Below, in pieces: positions 36,161-48,692 of a stretch of DNA of 64,000 nucleotides. Source of the stretch: Malacoraja senta (lineage: Eukaryota); assembly GCA_038087875.1 (NCBI GenBank), contig CM075995.1:1986001-2050000 (forward strand). The letters are read 5' to 3'. The notes beneath the pieces are model-generated. The model searched no databases. It saw only the letters and a list, made by a program, of their open reading frames with translations, and was not told the DNA's origin. Numbering within the stretch: position 1 is the first letter of the stretch; each line of letters begins with the position of its first letter. The position numbers and the translations under genes are program-made.

Positions 36161-39146
36161 CAGATTCAGATTCAGATTCAACTTTATTGTCATTGTGCAG
36201 TGTACAGTACAGAGACAACGAAATGCAGTTAGCATCTCCCTAGAAGAGCGACATAATATGAGCAGTAAATAAATAAATCTAATAAATCCTGGTGGGAGGA
36301 GTGTCCGGGGGGGGGGGGTGTGATTGGCAGTCACCGAGGTACAGTGTTGAGTAGTGTAACCGCCGCAGGGAAGAAGCTGTTCCTGGACCTGCTGGTCCGG
36401 CTACGGAGAGACCTGTAGCGCCTCCCGGATGGTAGGAGGGTAAACAGTCTGTGGTTGGGGTGAGAGCAGTCCTTGGCGATGCTGAGCGCCCTTCGCAGAC
36501 AACGCTTGCTTTGGACAGACTCAATGGTGGGGAGTGAGGAACCGGTGATGCGTTGGGCAGTTTTCACCACCCTCTGCAGTGCTTTCCGGTCGGAGACAGA
36601 GCAGTTGCCATACCATACTGTGATGCAGTTGGTAAGGATGCTCTCGATGGTGCAGCGGTAGAAGTTCACCAGAATCCGAGGAGACAGATGGACCTTCTTT
36701 AGTCTCCTCAGGAAGAAGAGACGCTGGTGAGCCTTCTTGACCAGAGTTGAGGTATTGTTGGTCCAAGAGAGGTCATCGGAGATGTTGACCCCCAGGAACC
36801 TGAAGCTGGAAACACGTTCCACCTCCCTCCCGTTAATGTGGATGGGGGTGTGCATGCCGCCCCTAGACTTCCTGAAGTCTACAATGAGCTCCTTGGTCTT
36901 CTTGGAGTTAAGGGCCAGGTTGTTGTCAGCGCACCATGCTGCTAGGAGCTGGACCTCCTCCCTATAGGCCGACTCATCGTTGTTGCTGATGAGGCCAATC
37001 ACCGTTGTATCATCTGCGTACTTGATGATGGTGTTAGTACCATGTACAGGTGTGCAGTCGTAGGTGAAGAGGGAGTAGAGGAGGGGGCTCAGCACACAGC
37101 CCTGTGGAACGCCGGTGTTCAGGGTGAGGGTTGAAGAGGTGTGCTTGTCTAACCTAACAGACTGGGGTCTGTTGGTTAGAAAGTCCAGTATCCAGTTGCA
37201 GAGGGAGGGGTCGATGCCCAGGTCACCGAGTTTGGTGATCAGTTTAGAGGGTATGATGGTGTTGAATGCTGAGCTGTAATCGATGAACAGCATTCTTACG
37301 TAAGTGTCTCTGTTGTCGAGGTGGGAGAGGGCGGAGTGAAGTGCCGTTGAGATGGCATCCTCCGTACTCCTGTTCTTGCGGTAGGCAAACTGATAGGGAT
37401 CCAACGTGGGGGGTAGGCAGCCTTTGAGGTGTGCCAGGACCAGCCTCTCGAAGCACTTGGCGATGATGGGAGTAAGTGCAACTGGGCGGAAGTCGTTGAG
37501 GCTTGCCGCAGTGGAGTGTTTTGGCACCGGCACGATGGAGGTGGATTTAAGGCACGTGGGCACAACTGCTTGGGCAAGTGACAGGTTGAAGATGTCAGTC
37601 CAGACGTCTGTCAGCTGCGCAGCACAGGCCCTGAGGACGCGCCCGGGGATGCCGTCGGGGCCAGCAGCCTTACGTGCATTAGTCCTACTCAGTGCCACGT
37701 ACACGTCGAAGGGGGTGAGTGAGAGGGGCTGGTGATCGGCAGGGAGCACCGCCTTGATGGCCAACTGCCGATTGTCCCTATCGAAACGGCCATAGAAGTG
37801 GTTGAGCTCCTCAAGGAAGGAGGCGTTACTGGATGTGGGGGTGGTGTTGGTGGGTCTAAAGTCCGTGATGGCCTGGATGCCTTGCCACATGCGTCGGGGG
37901 TCGGAGTTGTTGTTGAAGTGCTCCTCAATCCTGAGTTTATGGCAGTGCTTGGCCTTCTTTATGCCCTTCTTCAGGTTAGCCCTGGATGAACTATAGGCTC
38001 GGGCATCGCCTGACCTGAAAGCGGTGTCCCGTGCTTTCAGCAGTAGCCTGACCTCGCTGTTCATCCATGGCTTCTGATTCGGGAATATGGTCACCTGTTT
38101 GAGGGAGGTGACACTGTTGATGGTGGAGTTTATAAAGTCCAGAACAGATGATGTATAGGAGTCAATGTCCGTGTGGGAGTCGAGGGTGGCCTGGGCTGCA
38201 AACGCCTTCCAGTCAGTGTTTCCAAAACACTGCTGAAGTGTGGATTCCGCATCCTCTGACCAGACTTTAACTGTCCTCACAGTGGGTTTATCCCGTCTGA
38301 TGAGTGGGGAGTACTTTGGGAGCAGGAACAATGAGAGGTGATCAGACTGTCCAAGGTGGGGGAGGGGGACGGCTTTGTAAGCTTCAGCCATGTTGGTGTA
38401 GACTTTGTCCAGTGTCTTGCCTTCTCTAGTGGCGAAGGAGACATGTTGGTGGAATTTGGGGAGTACAGTCTTCAGGTTGGAGTGATTGAAGTCACCCGCA
38501 ACAATGAAGGCTGCCTCGGGGTTGTGAGTCTGTTGTTTGCTAATGGCAGAATGCAGATCTTTCATTGCAAGCTTGGCATTAGCATCAGGAGGAATATAGG
38601 CTGCAGTCACAACAGTGGAGGTAAACTCTCTGGGCAGATAGAACGGTCTGCATCTAACCAAGAGGAACTCTAGGTTAGCTGAGCAGTGACTCTCGATGAT
38701 GGTGGTGTCCGTGCACCATGCTTTGTTTACATAAATGCACAGACCTCCACCTCTGGTCTTACCGGAGTCAATTGTCCTGTCCGCTCGGAGTAAATGCCGC
38801 CCCGTTAGCTGGATGGCGCTGTCAGGAACGTCGGTGTTGAGCCAAGTTTCAGTGAGGATCAAGATGCTGCAGTCTTTGATCCAGTTGTGGGAGGTGATCC
38901 TTAGCCGGAGTTCGTCCATTTTGTTAACCAGTGAGCGCACGTTGGCGAGGAAAAGGCTAGGAATCGCCAGCCTGTGTGGGACTAGCTCTAACCTGGCCTT
39001 TAACCCACCTCTGCGTCCCCGGCGGTGCTTCCGTTCACGTCGCCGTCTGTTGGTGCTTCTGGTCGGCCGAGCTGGCTTGGTGCGCGCTGGTGTTCTGCCG
39101 CCCCGCAGCATCGCGGCTCCGCTGGTGTTCTTGAAGAAAGCATCTC
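36159..39146 (-). mobile_element. Rex1/Babar LINE, near full length, slightly 5'-truncated
   Basis: ORF above, then a short 3'UTR with AATAAA and an (AATCTG)3 tail at ~36159-36180. The frame stays open upstream of the ATG to ~39146, where an unrelated repeat tail begins. Confidence 0.88.
36331..39111 (-). CDS. Rex1/Babar-clade LINE ORF (AP endonuclease + reverse transcriptase + C-terminal domain), 926 aa, no stops
   Basis: APE motifs LANVRSL, LTETWL, GDFN, SDH. RT motifs [27 protein letters not shown]. The C-terminal [15 protein letters not shown] and Arg-rich N-terminus are typical of Rex1. Confidence 0.93.
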   Translation of the reverse strand: MLRGGRTPARTKPARPTRSTNRRRRERKHRRGRRGGLKARLELVPHRLAIPSLFLANVRSLVNKMDELRLRITSHNWIKDCSILILTETWLNTDVPDSAIQLTGRHLLRADRTIDSGKTRGGGLCIYVNKAWCTDTTIIESHCSANLEFLLVRCRPFYLPREFTSTVVTAAYIPPDANAKLAMKDLHSAISKQQTHNPEAAFIVAGDFNHSNLKTVLPKFHQHVSFATREGKTLDKVYTNMAEAYKAVPLPHLGQSDHLSLFLLPKYSPLIRRDKPTVRTVKVWSEDAESTLQQCFGNTDWKAFAAQATLDSHTDIDSYTSSVLDFINSTINSVTSLKQVTIFPNQKPWMNSEVRLLLKARDTAFRSGDARAYSSSRANLKKGIKKAKHCHKLRIEEHFNNNSDPRRMWQGIQAITDFRPTNTTPTSSNASFLEELNHFYGRFDRDNRQLAIKAVLPADHQPLSLTPFDVYVALSRTNARKAAGPDGIPGRVLRACAAQLTDVWTDIFNLSLAQAVVPTCLKSTSIVPVPKHSTAASLNDFRPVALTPIIAKCFERLVLAHLKGCLPPTLDPYQFAYRKNRSTEDAISTALHSALSHLDNRDTYVRMLFIDYSSAFNTIIPSKLITKLGDLGIDPSLCNWILDFLTNRPQSVRLDKHTSSTLTLNTGVPQGCVLSPLLYSLFTYDCTPVHGTNTIIKYADDTTVIGLISNNDESAYREEVQLLAAWCADNNLALNSKKTKELIVDFRKSRGGMHTPIHINGREVERVSSFRFLGVNISDDLSWTNNTSTLVKKAHQRLFFLRRLKKVHLSPRILVNFYRCTIESILTNCITVWYGNCSVSDRKALQRVVKTAQRITGSSLPTIESVQSKRCLRRALSIAKDCSHPNHRLFTLLPSGRRYRSLRSRTSRSRNSFFPAAVTLLNTVPR

Positions 39147-41666
39147 GAACAAAGAAGGGAAGAAATTGAACTTATTTTTCACCTTCCATCACAGTGAGGA
39201 ATGTGGAAGAGTCACTGTGTTGGATGTTTATGTTAAAATGTATTTTGTGTGTTTTGTTGCTCTTTATTGGTATGACTGTATGGCAAATCATACTTGGCTA
39301 CTAAAGTATGATTATGATTAGAATTTGGCTTGACCCTGGTCTGCCATCTCCCCAGTATAAAGTACCACACCCTTTACTTTCATGAGAGCTTGCACATTAT
39401 TGATGGTATTAGCCTCTTGCAGAGAATGGATTGAAGTTCACTATGATTGCAAGCTTGGAACGGAGGCATTATTCTGTGGTGCTTGGTACAAGGTGAACTC
39501 CCAGGATTGTTGTTTCTGATAAGAAAGGTGGCTGCAAGAGCTGTGTCTCTGTTAAGTCTAGTATAAAGACACGTCTAGAGTAGCTGTGAACAGTGAGGTA
39601 TCATCCAGCTGCACAGCAATTTAACCCCTGCGGCTCTCATCCTGGAGAGCTGTGTTCAAAGGGTATCAATCACCCTATTTAGATAAGGATAAGTTGATAA
39701 GTGATAGCGGGAGAATTAGGCTGTTCGGCCCATCAAGTCTATTCCGCCATTCAATCATGGCTGATCTATCTATCCCTTTCAACCCCATTCTCCTGCCTTC
39801 TCCTCATAACCCCTGACAGCTGTACTAATCAAGAATATCTCTGCCTTAAAAATATCAATTGACTTGCCCACCATAGCTTTCTGTGGCAATGAATTCCACA
39901 GATTCACCAGCCTCTAAAGAAATTCCTCCTCATCTCCTTCCTAACGGAATGTCCTTTTATTCTGAGGCTATGACGCTAGTGCAAAACGCTCCCACTAGTC
40001 CAACATCCTCTCCACATCTACTCTATCCAAGTCTTTCACTATTTGGTAAGTTTCAATGAGGTTCCCACTCATCTTTCTAAACTCCAGCAAGTAGAGGCCC
40101 AGTGCCGTCAAACGCTCATCATATGTTAACCCATGGTAGATGCACAGAGTCTCTTGCCCAGAGTAGGTGAATCGAGGACCATAGGATTAAGGTGAACAAA
40201 TTTAATAGGAATCTGAGGGGTAACTTTTTCACACAAAGGGTGGTGGGTGTATGGAACAAGCTGCCAGAGGAGGTAGTTGAGGCAGGGACTATCCCAACAT
40301 TTAAGAAGCAGTTAGACAGGTAGATGGATAGGACAGGTTTGGAGGGATATGGACCAAATGCTGGCAGGTGGGACGTGTAGCATAGGCATGTTGGCCGGTG
40401 TGGGCAAGTTGGGCCGAAGGACCTGTTTTCACACTGCATCACTCTATGACACTGCGACTCTCGTTCCCAGTGTGCTTGTTTTTCAGCAGTGTATTCTGTG
40501 TAAAGGTTCTGTGTGAAAGTCCAGTGTCTTTTGTCTGCTTGTCATGTTCAGTCTTTCAGTTACAGTTCCACAGTTTCTTTGTTTTGTTAGTTGTGATACG
40601 TTCAGTTTTTAAGTTAAGGACCACAGATAACTTAATGCTTTGCACTGATGCCGTATAACCACTGTGCTCAAATAAAACATTTTAAAAGGCTACGACTGGA
40701 CTCAGCAAATGATTGAGAATTCAGTGATCCTCCAACTTCTACCCACTCCCACCCATCCATAGTTTCCTTTTGTGTGCGACTCAGGTTAAAAGATTTAGAC
40801 TGCTGGTTAACTTCCAACTATTTCCTGAGAATGCAGGCATAATATTACATGCAAAGTAATCTGGAAATGTGGCCATAATATTTGTAACCTTAAATCACTA
40901 AGAAGAAAATAATTTTACACAATGAAATCAAACTGATCTCCACTTGATCGACTGCCATCCTCCCCACAGAGTCTAGCAGTTCTGTTCAACAATCAGTGCC
41001 ATGAAAGAACAGGCTTTGTTATTAACTACATTTCCCTATGGTTCTTCAGCACGTGCCAAGTATACAAAATTACTGGGATGTTATCAAAATCCTATCAGTT
41101 TTGTTCCTTGAAAATTTGACAGGTGAGAAGAAGCATAACAGGAATTGCTTATTCTCAGTATCTCCAACATTTGTGAACACAATTCAGATGGGGGGGGGGG
41201 GGGGGGTTCTGTGGTTGGACTTGTGCTTTATGCCCAGAAGCTACTGAATTGGGTATATGGAGTTCTCCTTCCATGGAAAGAACAGGTTCAATCATAACGT
41301 TTTGGTTAGATTGTCAGTTTGCAGGGGCTATGGGATAATCGTCCTTCTTGTGTTCAGATTTAGGTTTATTGTCACATATACCAAGGTACAGTGAAAGGCT
41401 TTGCTTTGCATGCTATCCAAACACATCAGATATACCAGATTTGCAAAGAGGAAGATGGTTTAAAAAAGTGCAGAACATAGTTCTCAGCATTGCAGTGCAG
41501 AGGTTTAGTTTAGTTTAAAGATACAGTGCGGAAACAGGACCTTCGGCCCACTGAGCCCGCGCCGAGCCAATTAACCTACAAACTTGTACGTCTTTGGAGT
41601 GTGGGTCTATCTTTGCATGTCATGGGTTACCTGAAGAGCTTCTCTCTGGCAACGGTCCCCAATTTC

Positions 41667-44600
41667 ATAGATACATACACAATAGGTGCAGAAGTAGGCC
41701 ATTCGGCCCCGAGCCAGCACCACCATTCAATGTGATCATGGCTGATCATCCACAATCAGTACCCCGTTCCTGCCTTCTCCCCATACCCCCTGATTCCGCT
41801 AGCCCTAAGAGCTCTATCTAACTCTCTTTTGAATGCTTCCAGTGAATCGGCCTCCACTGCCTTCTGAGGCAGAGAATTCCACAATTCACAACTCTCTGGG
41901 TGAAAAAGTTTTTTCTCACCTCAGTTCTAAATGGCCTACCCCTTATTCTTAAACTGTGGCCCCTGGTTCTGGACTCCCCCAACATCGGGAACATGTTTCC
42001 TACATCTAGTGTGTCTAATCCTTTTAATAATTTTATATGTTTCTATAAGATCCCTTTACATCCTTCTAAGTTCCAGTGAATACAAGTCCAGTCGCTCCAT
42101 TCTCTCATCATATGACAGTCCTGCCATCCCGGGAATTAACCTCGTGATCCTACGCTGCACTCCGTCAATAGCAAGAATGTCCTTCCTCAAATTAGGAGAC
42201 CAAAACTGCATACAATACTCCAGGTGTGGTCTCACCAGGGCTCTATACAACTGCAGAAGGGCCTCTTTGCTCCTACACTCAACTCCTCTTGTTATGAAGT
42301 CCAACATGCCATTAGCTTTCTTCGCTGCCTGTTGTACCTGCATGCTTACTTACAGTAACTGATGTACAAGGACACCCAGGTCTCGTTGTACTTCCCCTTT
42401 TCCCAACCATTCAGATAATAATCTGCCTTCCTGTTCTTGCCACCAAAGTGGACCTCACATTTATCCACATTATACTGCATCTGCTATGCATCTGCCCACT
42501 CACCCAACCTGTCCAAATCACCCCACATCCTCATAGCATCCTCTTCACAGTTCACACTGCCACCCAGCTTTGTGTCATCTGCAAATTTGCTAATGTTACT
42601 TTTAATTCTTTCATCTAAATCATTAATGTATATTGTAAATGACTGCGTTCCCAGCACCGAGCCTTGCGGCACCCCACTAGTCACTGCCTTCCATTCTGAA
42701 AGGGACCCGTTAATCCTTACTCTTTGTTTCCTGTCTGCCAACCAATTTTCTATCCATGTCAATACCCTACCCCCAATACCATGTGCTCTAATTTTGCCCA
42801 CTAATCTCCTGTTTGGGACCTTATCAAAGGCTTTCTGAAAGTCCAGGTACACTACATCCACTGGCTCTCCCTTGTCCATTTTACTTGTTACATGCTCAAA
42901 AAATTCCAGAAGATTTGTCAAGCATGATTTCCCCTTCGTAAATCCATGCTGACTTGGACCGATCCTGTTACTGCTATCCAAATACGCCACTATTACATCT
43001 TTGATAATCGACTCCAGCATCTTCTCCATGACCGATGTCAGGCTAACTGATCTATAATTCCGTGCTTTCTCTCTCCATCCTGTCTTGAAAAGTGGGATAA
43101 CATTATCTAGCCTCCAATGCACAGGAACTGATCCAGGATCTTTAGAACATTGGAAAATGATCACCATTGCGTCCACGATTTCTAGAGCCACCTCCTTGAG
43201 CCACCTCCTGGGATGCAGACCATCAGGCCCTGGGGATTTATCAGCCTTCAGTCCCATCAGTCTACCCATTTCCTGACTAATGTGAATTTCCTTCAGTTCC
43301 TCCGTCACCATAGGTTCTCTGTCCCCTAGTACATCAGGGAGATTGCTTGTGTCTTCCTTAGTGAAGACAGATCTAAAGTACCTGTTCAACTCGTCTGCCC
43401 ATAATAAATTCACCTGTTTTTGTCTTCAAGGGGCCCACATTTGTCTTAACGAATTTTTTCCTCTTCACGTACTTAAAGAAGCTTTTACTATCCTCCTTTA
43501 TATTCTTGGCTAGTTTATTTTCGTACTTCATCTTTTCTCCCCGTATTGCCTTTTTAGTTACCTTCTGTTGTTCTTCTCAATCCTCTGGCTTCCCGCTCAT
43601 CTTTGCTATGTTATACGTCTTCTCTTTTATTTTTATACTGTCCTTGTCTTCCCTTGTCAGCCACAGTCGCCTCTTACTACCCTTAGAATCTTTCTTCCTC
43701 TTTGGAATTAAATAACCCTGCATCTTCTGGATTATTCACAGAAATACCTGCCATTGCTGTTCCACCGTCATCCCTGCTAGGGTCCCTTTCCAGTCAACTT
43801 TGGCCAGCTCCTCCCTCATGCCCCCATAGTCCCCTTTGTTCAACTGCAATACTGACACTTCCAATTTTATCTTCTCCCTCTCAAATTGCAGATTAAAACT
43901 TTTCATATTATGGTGACTACCTCGTAATGGTTTCTTTACCTTGAGTTCCCTTATCAAATCCGGTTCATTACATAACACTAAATCCAGAATTACCTTCTCC
44001 CTGGTAGGCTCCTGTACAAGCTGCTCTAAGAATCCATCACGGAGGCACTCCACAAACTCCCGTTCTTGGGGTCCAGTACCAGCCTGATTTTCCCAGTCCA
44101 CCTGCATGTTGAAATCTCCCCTAACAACCGTAGCATTACCTTTGTTACATGCTAATTTTAACACCAGATGCAACTTGCACCCTATCTCCAGGCTACTGTT
44201 TGGGGGCCTGTAGATAACTCCCATTAGGGTCTTTTTATCCTTACAATTTCTCAGTTCTATCCACAATGACTCTACATCTTCTGACTATGTCACCCCTCGC
44301 AAGGGACTGAATTGCATTCATTACCAACAGAGCCACCCCACCCCCTCTGCCCACATGTCTGTGTTTTCAATAGGAGGTATACCCCTGAATATTCAGTTCC
44401 CAGCTCTGATCCTCTTGCAGCCATTGCTCTGTAATTCCCACAACATCATACTCACCAATTTCTAACTGAGCCTCTAGCTCATCCACTTTATTTCTTACAC
44501 TTCGCGCATTCATATAAAACACTTTTAATTCTGTATTCACCTCCCCTCTCACACCAGTTCCTATTTCACCTGACCTTACTCTCTTATCCCTTCTGGAACG

Positions 44601-44692
44601 TTCCGTCCCATTAATTTGTGTGAATTTCGTAACTTTTCCTGTACTCTCTTCCCCTTTCAACTCCATCCTTATACTCCCAATTTGTCAACCCC
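41667..44692 (-). mobile_element. CR1/HER1-like LINE, most of ORF2 (APE + RT), frameshifted
   Basis: ORFs 44367-44666 and 43736-44266 (NARS, GDFN, APE), 42484-43413 (YLDFQKAFDKV, GVPQGSVLG, FADD) and 42056-42343, then a CR1 3' tail. Confidence 0.92.
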
Positions 44693-44833
44693 TTTGTGCT
44701 GCACTGTTCCAAACTTTCATGAAGCTAAATAGTATCAAGCATACCTTAGTGCCAACTTACCATCCGGCATCTAACGGCGCAGCCGAAAGGTCAGTCAGGA
44801 TAGTCAAAGGAGCTCTCAAGAAACAAGTTCTTT

Positions 44834-45241
44834 ATGTACTCTGGAATTTAGAAGGATGAGAGGGAATCTTACTGAGACATATAAGACTATTAAGGGTTTG
44901 GACATGCTAGAAGCAGGAAACATGTTCCCGATGTTGGGGTTGTCCAGAACCAGGGGCCATAATTTAAGAATAAGGGGTAAGCCATTTAGAACAGAGATGA
45001 GGAAACACTTTTTCACACAGAGTTGTGAGTCTGTGGAATTCTCTGCCTCAGAGGGCGGTGGAGGCCGGTTCTCTGGATACTTTCAAGAGGGAGCTAGACA
45101 GGGCTCTTGAAGAAAGCGGAGTCAGGGGATATGGGGAGAAGGCAGGAACAGGATACTGATTGTGGATGATCAGCCATGATCACATTGAATGGCGGTACTG
45201 GCTTGAAGGGCCGAATGGCCTACTCCTGCACCTATTGTCTA
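44834..45241 (+). mobile_element. CR1/HER1-like 3' fragment inserted in the Gypsy integrase
   Basis: ORF 44856-45110; integrase sequence resumes on both sides. Confidence 0.85.
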
Positions 45242-46509
45242 CTGAATTCAAAATTCAGTATGTCACAGCGGCTAACAAGCTTTTTACTGAAATATCATAC
45301 CACGTTACGATTTACCACAGGGTATACGCCATGAACTGGTCATGAAAAGAAGGCTCAAAACTAGACTGAGTTTGGTTCTACCTAACCAATCTCCTAAGGT
45401 TGAACGCAAATAAACTGATCAGAAACAACATTGCGATATATGGTCGCTTTTTTTCTAAAATCAATATAGAGCGCAGACAGGAAATGGTCAAGATGAAACT
45501 TTTAATTATATAGATGTGCGGGGCAAGATTTTCTACATAGATTGAGGTGAGTGCCTGGAACATATTGGTGGGGATGGTGGTTGCGGCAGATATGATGGTG
45601 GCATTTAAGACTTTTGTACAGGCATATGGATATGCAGGGAATTGTGGAATTCTTGCACAAGTCAGTGGATTTATTTAAGGCAGAGATAGATAGATCCTTG
45701 ATTAGTACGGGTGTCAGAGGTCATGGGGTAATGCAGAATAATGGGGTAAGGAGGGAGAGATAAATCAGCCATGATTGAATAGCGGAGTAGACTTCATGGG
45801 TCAAATGGCCTAATTCTACTCCTGTCTTTTATGATCTTATGTCATTATGGTGGAAGTCAAAAAGAGCATAGGTTCAATACACATGATCAGGTTTGTGTTC
45901 TCAGCCCCCCTTACAAAGCAAACAAATGGGAGGTGGGAACAGTAGTTGAAGTGTGTGGTACCAGGAGGTACATGGTAGAAATTGGAGGATGTGTTAGAAG
46001 TGTGCACATAAACAATATGGTTCCAGCGAGGGATGAACAAGAGCAAAGCACAGACAAAGAAGCAGATCTGTCAGACGTTGGCATTATTCCAAGTTCAGAT
46101 GTCAGAGCAGAATCGCCAAAGAAAGTCGAGACAAAGGTAAATGATCCTGAACTTGACTCTCCTTTAGACCCACAACCTGACACTCCCCCTAAACCACTCA
46201 GGACATCAGAAAGAGTGCGTAAACCAGTCGTCAAGAGTGAATACATAAAATTGTTCTTGTTTGTCTAATTTACAAGTTATGTTACTTTCTAAGGGAGATA
46301 GGGTAGTGTATATAATGGTAACTGTAACTTTAAGTACTGAGTACTAAAATGGATTGATTTGTGTCATGTGATATATTCTATATCTTATCAGTCTCGTGAA
46401 CATGTGTGAGTATGCGCGGTGTACCTTTGCAAAATAAAGAAGACCCACACTGGCAACAGCGTGCACTGAAACCTGTGCTTGTTTCTATCCACATGCTGAA
46501 GCCATAATT

Positions 46510-46850
46510 GGGACGACAGATGGCGCAATGGGCTAAGTGTTCGGCTGGCAACCGGAAGGTAGCCGGTTCGAATCCCGCTTGGAGTGCATACTGTCGTTGT
46601 GTCCTTGGGCAAGACACTTCACCCACCTTTGCCTGCGTGTGAATGTGTGTGAGTGATTGGTGGTGGTCGGAGGGGCCGTAGGCGCAGATTAGCAGCCACG
46701 CTTCCGTCAGTCTGCCCCAGGGCAGCTGTGGCTACAGAAGTAGCTCACCACCACCGAGTGTGACTGAGGAGTGAATGAATAATGCGATGTAAAGCGCCTT
46801 CAGTATTAGAAAGGCGCTATATAAATCCCATCCATTACTATTATTATTAT
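46510..46850 (+). mobile_element. tRNA-derived CORE-type SINE with an L2-type tail (resembles teleost AFC SINE)
   Basis: A-box TGGCGCAATGG, B-box GGTTCGAATCC, CORE motif GTGTCCTTGGGCAAGACACTT, tail stem-loop tgtaaAGCGCCTT...AAGGCGCTatataaat, then (TAT)n. Confidence 0.85.
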
Positions 46851-47039
46851 ATCTTACAGACCGAAGTGCTGGAGTGACTCAGCATGTTAGGCAGCATCTC
46901 AGGAGAGCACGGACATGTGATGTTTTTCTCGAGACCCTTCCTCAGACTGATTGTAAGGGGAGGGGGCTTGGGTAGCTTACAACCCAAAGGTATGAACATT
47001 GAATTTTAAATCACCTCTGAATAAACACCCCTCCTCTCC

Positions 47040-47740
47040 AATCCACAGTGTACAGATACATGAAAAAGGGAATAATGTGAATAACGTTTAGTGCAAAATA
47101 AAGTCCGATCATAGATAGTTGAAGGGTCTCCAATGAGGTAGATAGTAGCTCAGGGCTGCTCTCTAGTTGTTGGTAGGATGGTTCAGTTGCCTGATAACAG
47201 CTGGGAAGAAACTGTCCCTGAATCTGGAGGTGTGCGTTTTCACACTTCTATACCCTTTGCTTAATGGGACGGGGAGAAGAGGGAGAGGCCGGGGTGCGAC
47301 TCATCCTTGATTATGCTGCTTGCCTTGCCGAGGCAGCGTGAGGTGTAAATGGGTCAATGGAAGGGCGGTTGGTTTGTGTGATGGTCTGGGCTGCATCCAC
47401 AATTCGCTGCAATTTTGTGCGGTCTTGGATGGAGCTGTTCCCAAACTACGCAGTGATGTATTCCGATAAAATGCGTTCTACGGCGCATCTGTATAATTTG
47501 GTGAGAGTTGTAAGGGACATGCCAAACCTCCTAAGCCTTCTCAGGAAGTAGAGGCATTGGTGTGCTTTCTTGGCCATTGCTTCAATATGGGTAGTCCAGG
47601 AGAAGTTGTTAGTGATATTCACTCCTAGAAATTAGAAGCTTTCAACCATCTCTTCTTCATCGCCATCAATACAAACCGGAATGTGTGTACAGTTTTGTTT
47701 CCTGCAGATTATCTCCTGTCTTGCTGACATTGAGAGAAAT
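47040..47740 (-). mobile_element. Rex1-like LINE 3' fragment
   Basis: Minus strand encodes MVESF.FLGVNI...AKKAHQCLYFLRRLRRFG...DSFFPAVIRQLN. Confidence 0.82.
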
Positions 47741-47771
47741 TCATTGCTGACATAGACTGATATCGTCATCG

Positions 47772-48611
47772 GATGGTGCCGCGCGCGGCAGCCTCGTCAG
47801 TAGTTTGTCCGTCATTTCACCCTTTTGTTATATTTTTAGTGTGTCAAAAGTATGTTTTAAAAGGTTTCTTGGTCTTTTTTATGTGGGGGGGGGGGGGGGA
47901 AGAGGGGGAACCGTTTCCCAGTCACTTCCTGGTCGGAGATGTGTCTTTTCTCCGAGTCACATCTTCGCCCCCCCACCTCGCGGCCTACCATCTGGATTGC
48001 CGCGGCCTTTCCTGCCGGAGACCGGCCAGAGTTTCAGCAGCGGCGCAGCACTGAATTCCATCGCGGAGCAGGACGATGCCTTACCGGGGATTGCCTGTGT
48101 TGACGCTCTGGAGTGTGGGGCCTGCTGATTAACACCGTGGAGCTGTGTTTTGCGGAGTTTCCAGCCACGGCCAGCACTGACTTTAACATCGCGGAGTCCT
48201 GGGATCTTTTGTCGAGGGTCGCCAGTGTTGAGTCTCCGCCCAGCTCGGCCTGTGGACTTCGGGAGCCGCGGTCTCCGGTAAGAAGTGGCCGATTCGGAAA
48301 CTCCAAGCCGTGAGTGTGTTCTTCTGTTCCGACGCCGGAGTTCCGATCATCCCGGCGAGAGGGCCTGAACATCGGCCCGCCGTAGCGGCGACTGTGGAGG
48401 GCTCAAAGGCCCCGACCACGGGTGAACAAGGAGGAAGATGTCTGAACTCTATTGCCTTCCCTACAGTGGGAAACATTGATTCCATTGCGGGGAATGTTTA
48501 TGTTAAACTCTATTGTGCATTTTGTTATTTTATTTGAATGGCTGTATGGTATCTCAAATCTCACTGTACCAATCGGTGCATGTGACATTAAATGTTACTT
48601 GAACTTGAATG
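47772..48611 (+). mobile_element. GC-rich non-coding retroelement with a Rex1-like tail (putative non-autonomous)
   Basis: Starts GATGGTGCCG, has a CpG-rich body, and ends gccttcc..cagtg...ctcactgtac...catgtgac with an (ACTTGA)n tail. The 3' block resembles 23553-23770 and 39147-39320. Confidence 0.6.
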
Positions 48612-48692
48612 TTATTAAGAATTTTTATTCTTCAATGATGCAAGTCTCTTCACAACTATATCAGAAGGATGTAGAGCCTCAACATTACCTCC

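Larger units (their letters stand above)
41605..46505 (+). mobile_element. Second Gypsy relic (integrase, PPT, 3' LTR), split by nested CR1 insertions
   Basis: Collinear integrase pieces: HGLPEELLSGNGPQF (~41620-41665), CAALFQTFMK...YHPASNGAAERSVRIVK (~44695-44832), QRLTSFLLKY...TTGYTP/ELVMKRRLKTRLSLVLP (~45242-45386) and the C-terminal part (~45843-46250). A purine tract at 46291-46306 precedes an LTR-like segment with AATAAA. Confidence 0.8.

Noticed and set aside
36473..39169. Overlapping antisense and alternative-frame ORFs within the Rex1 element
   Set aside because: Expected in GC-rich coding DNA with few stop codons; no recognisable domains.
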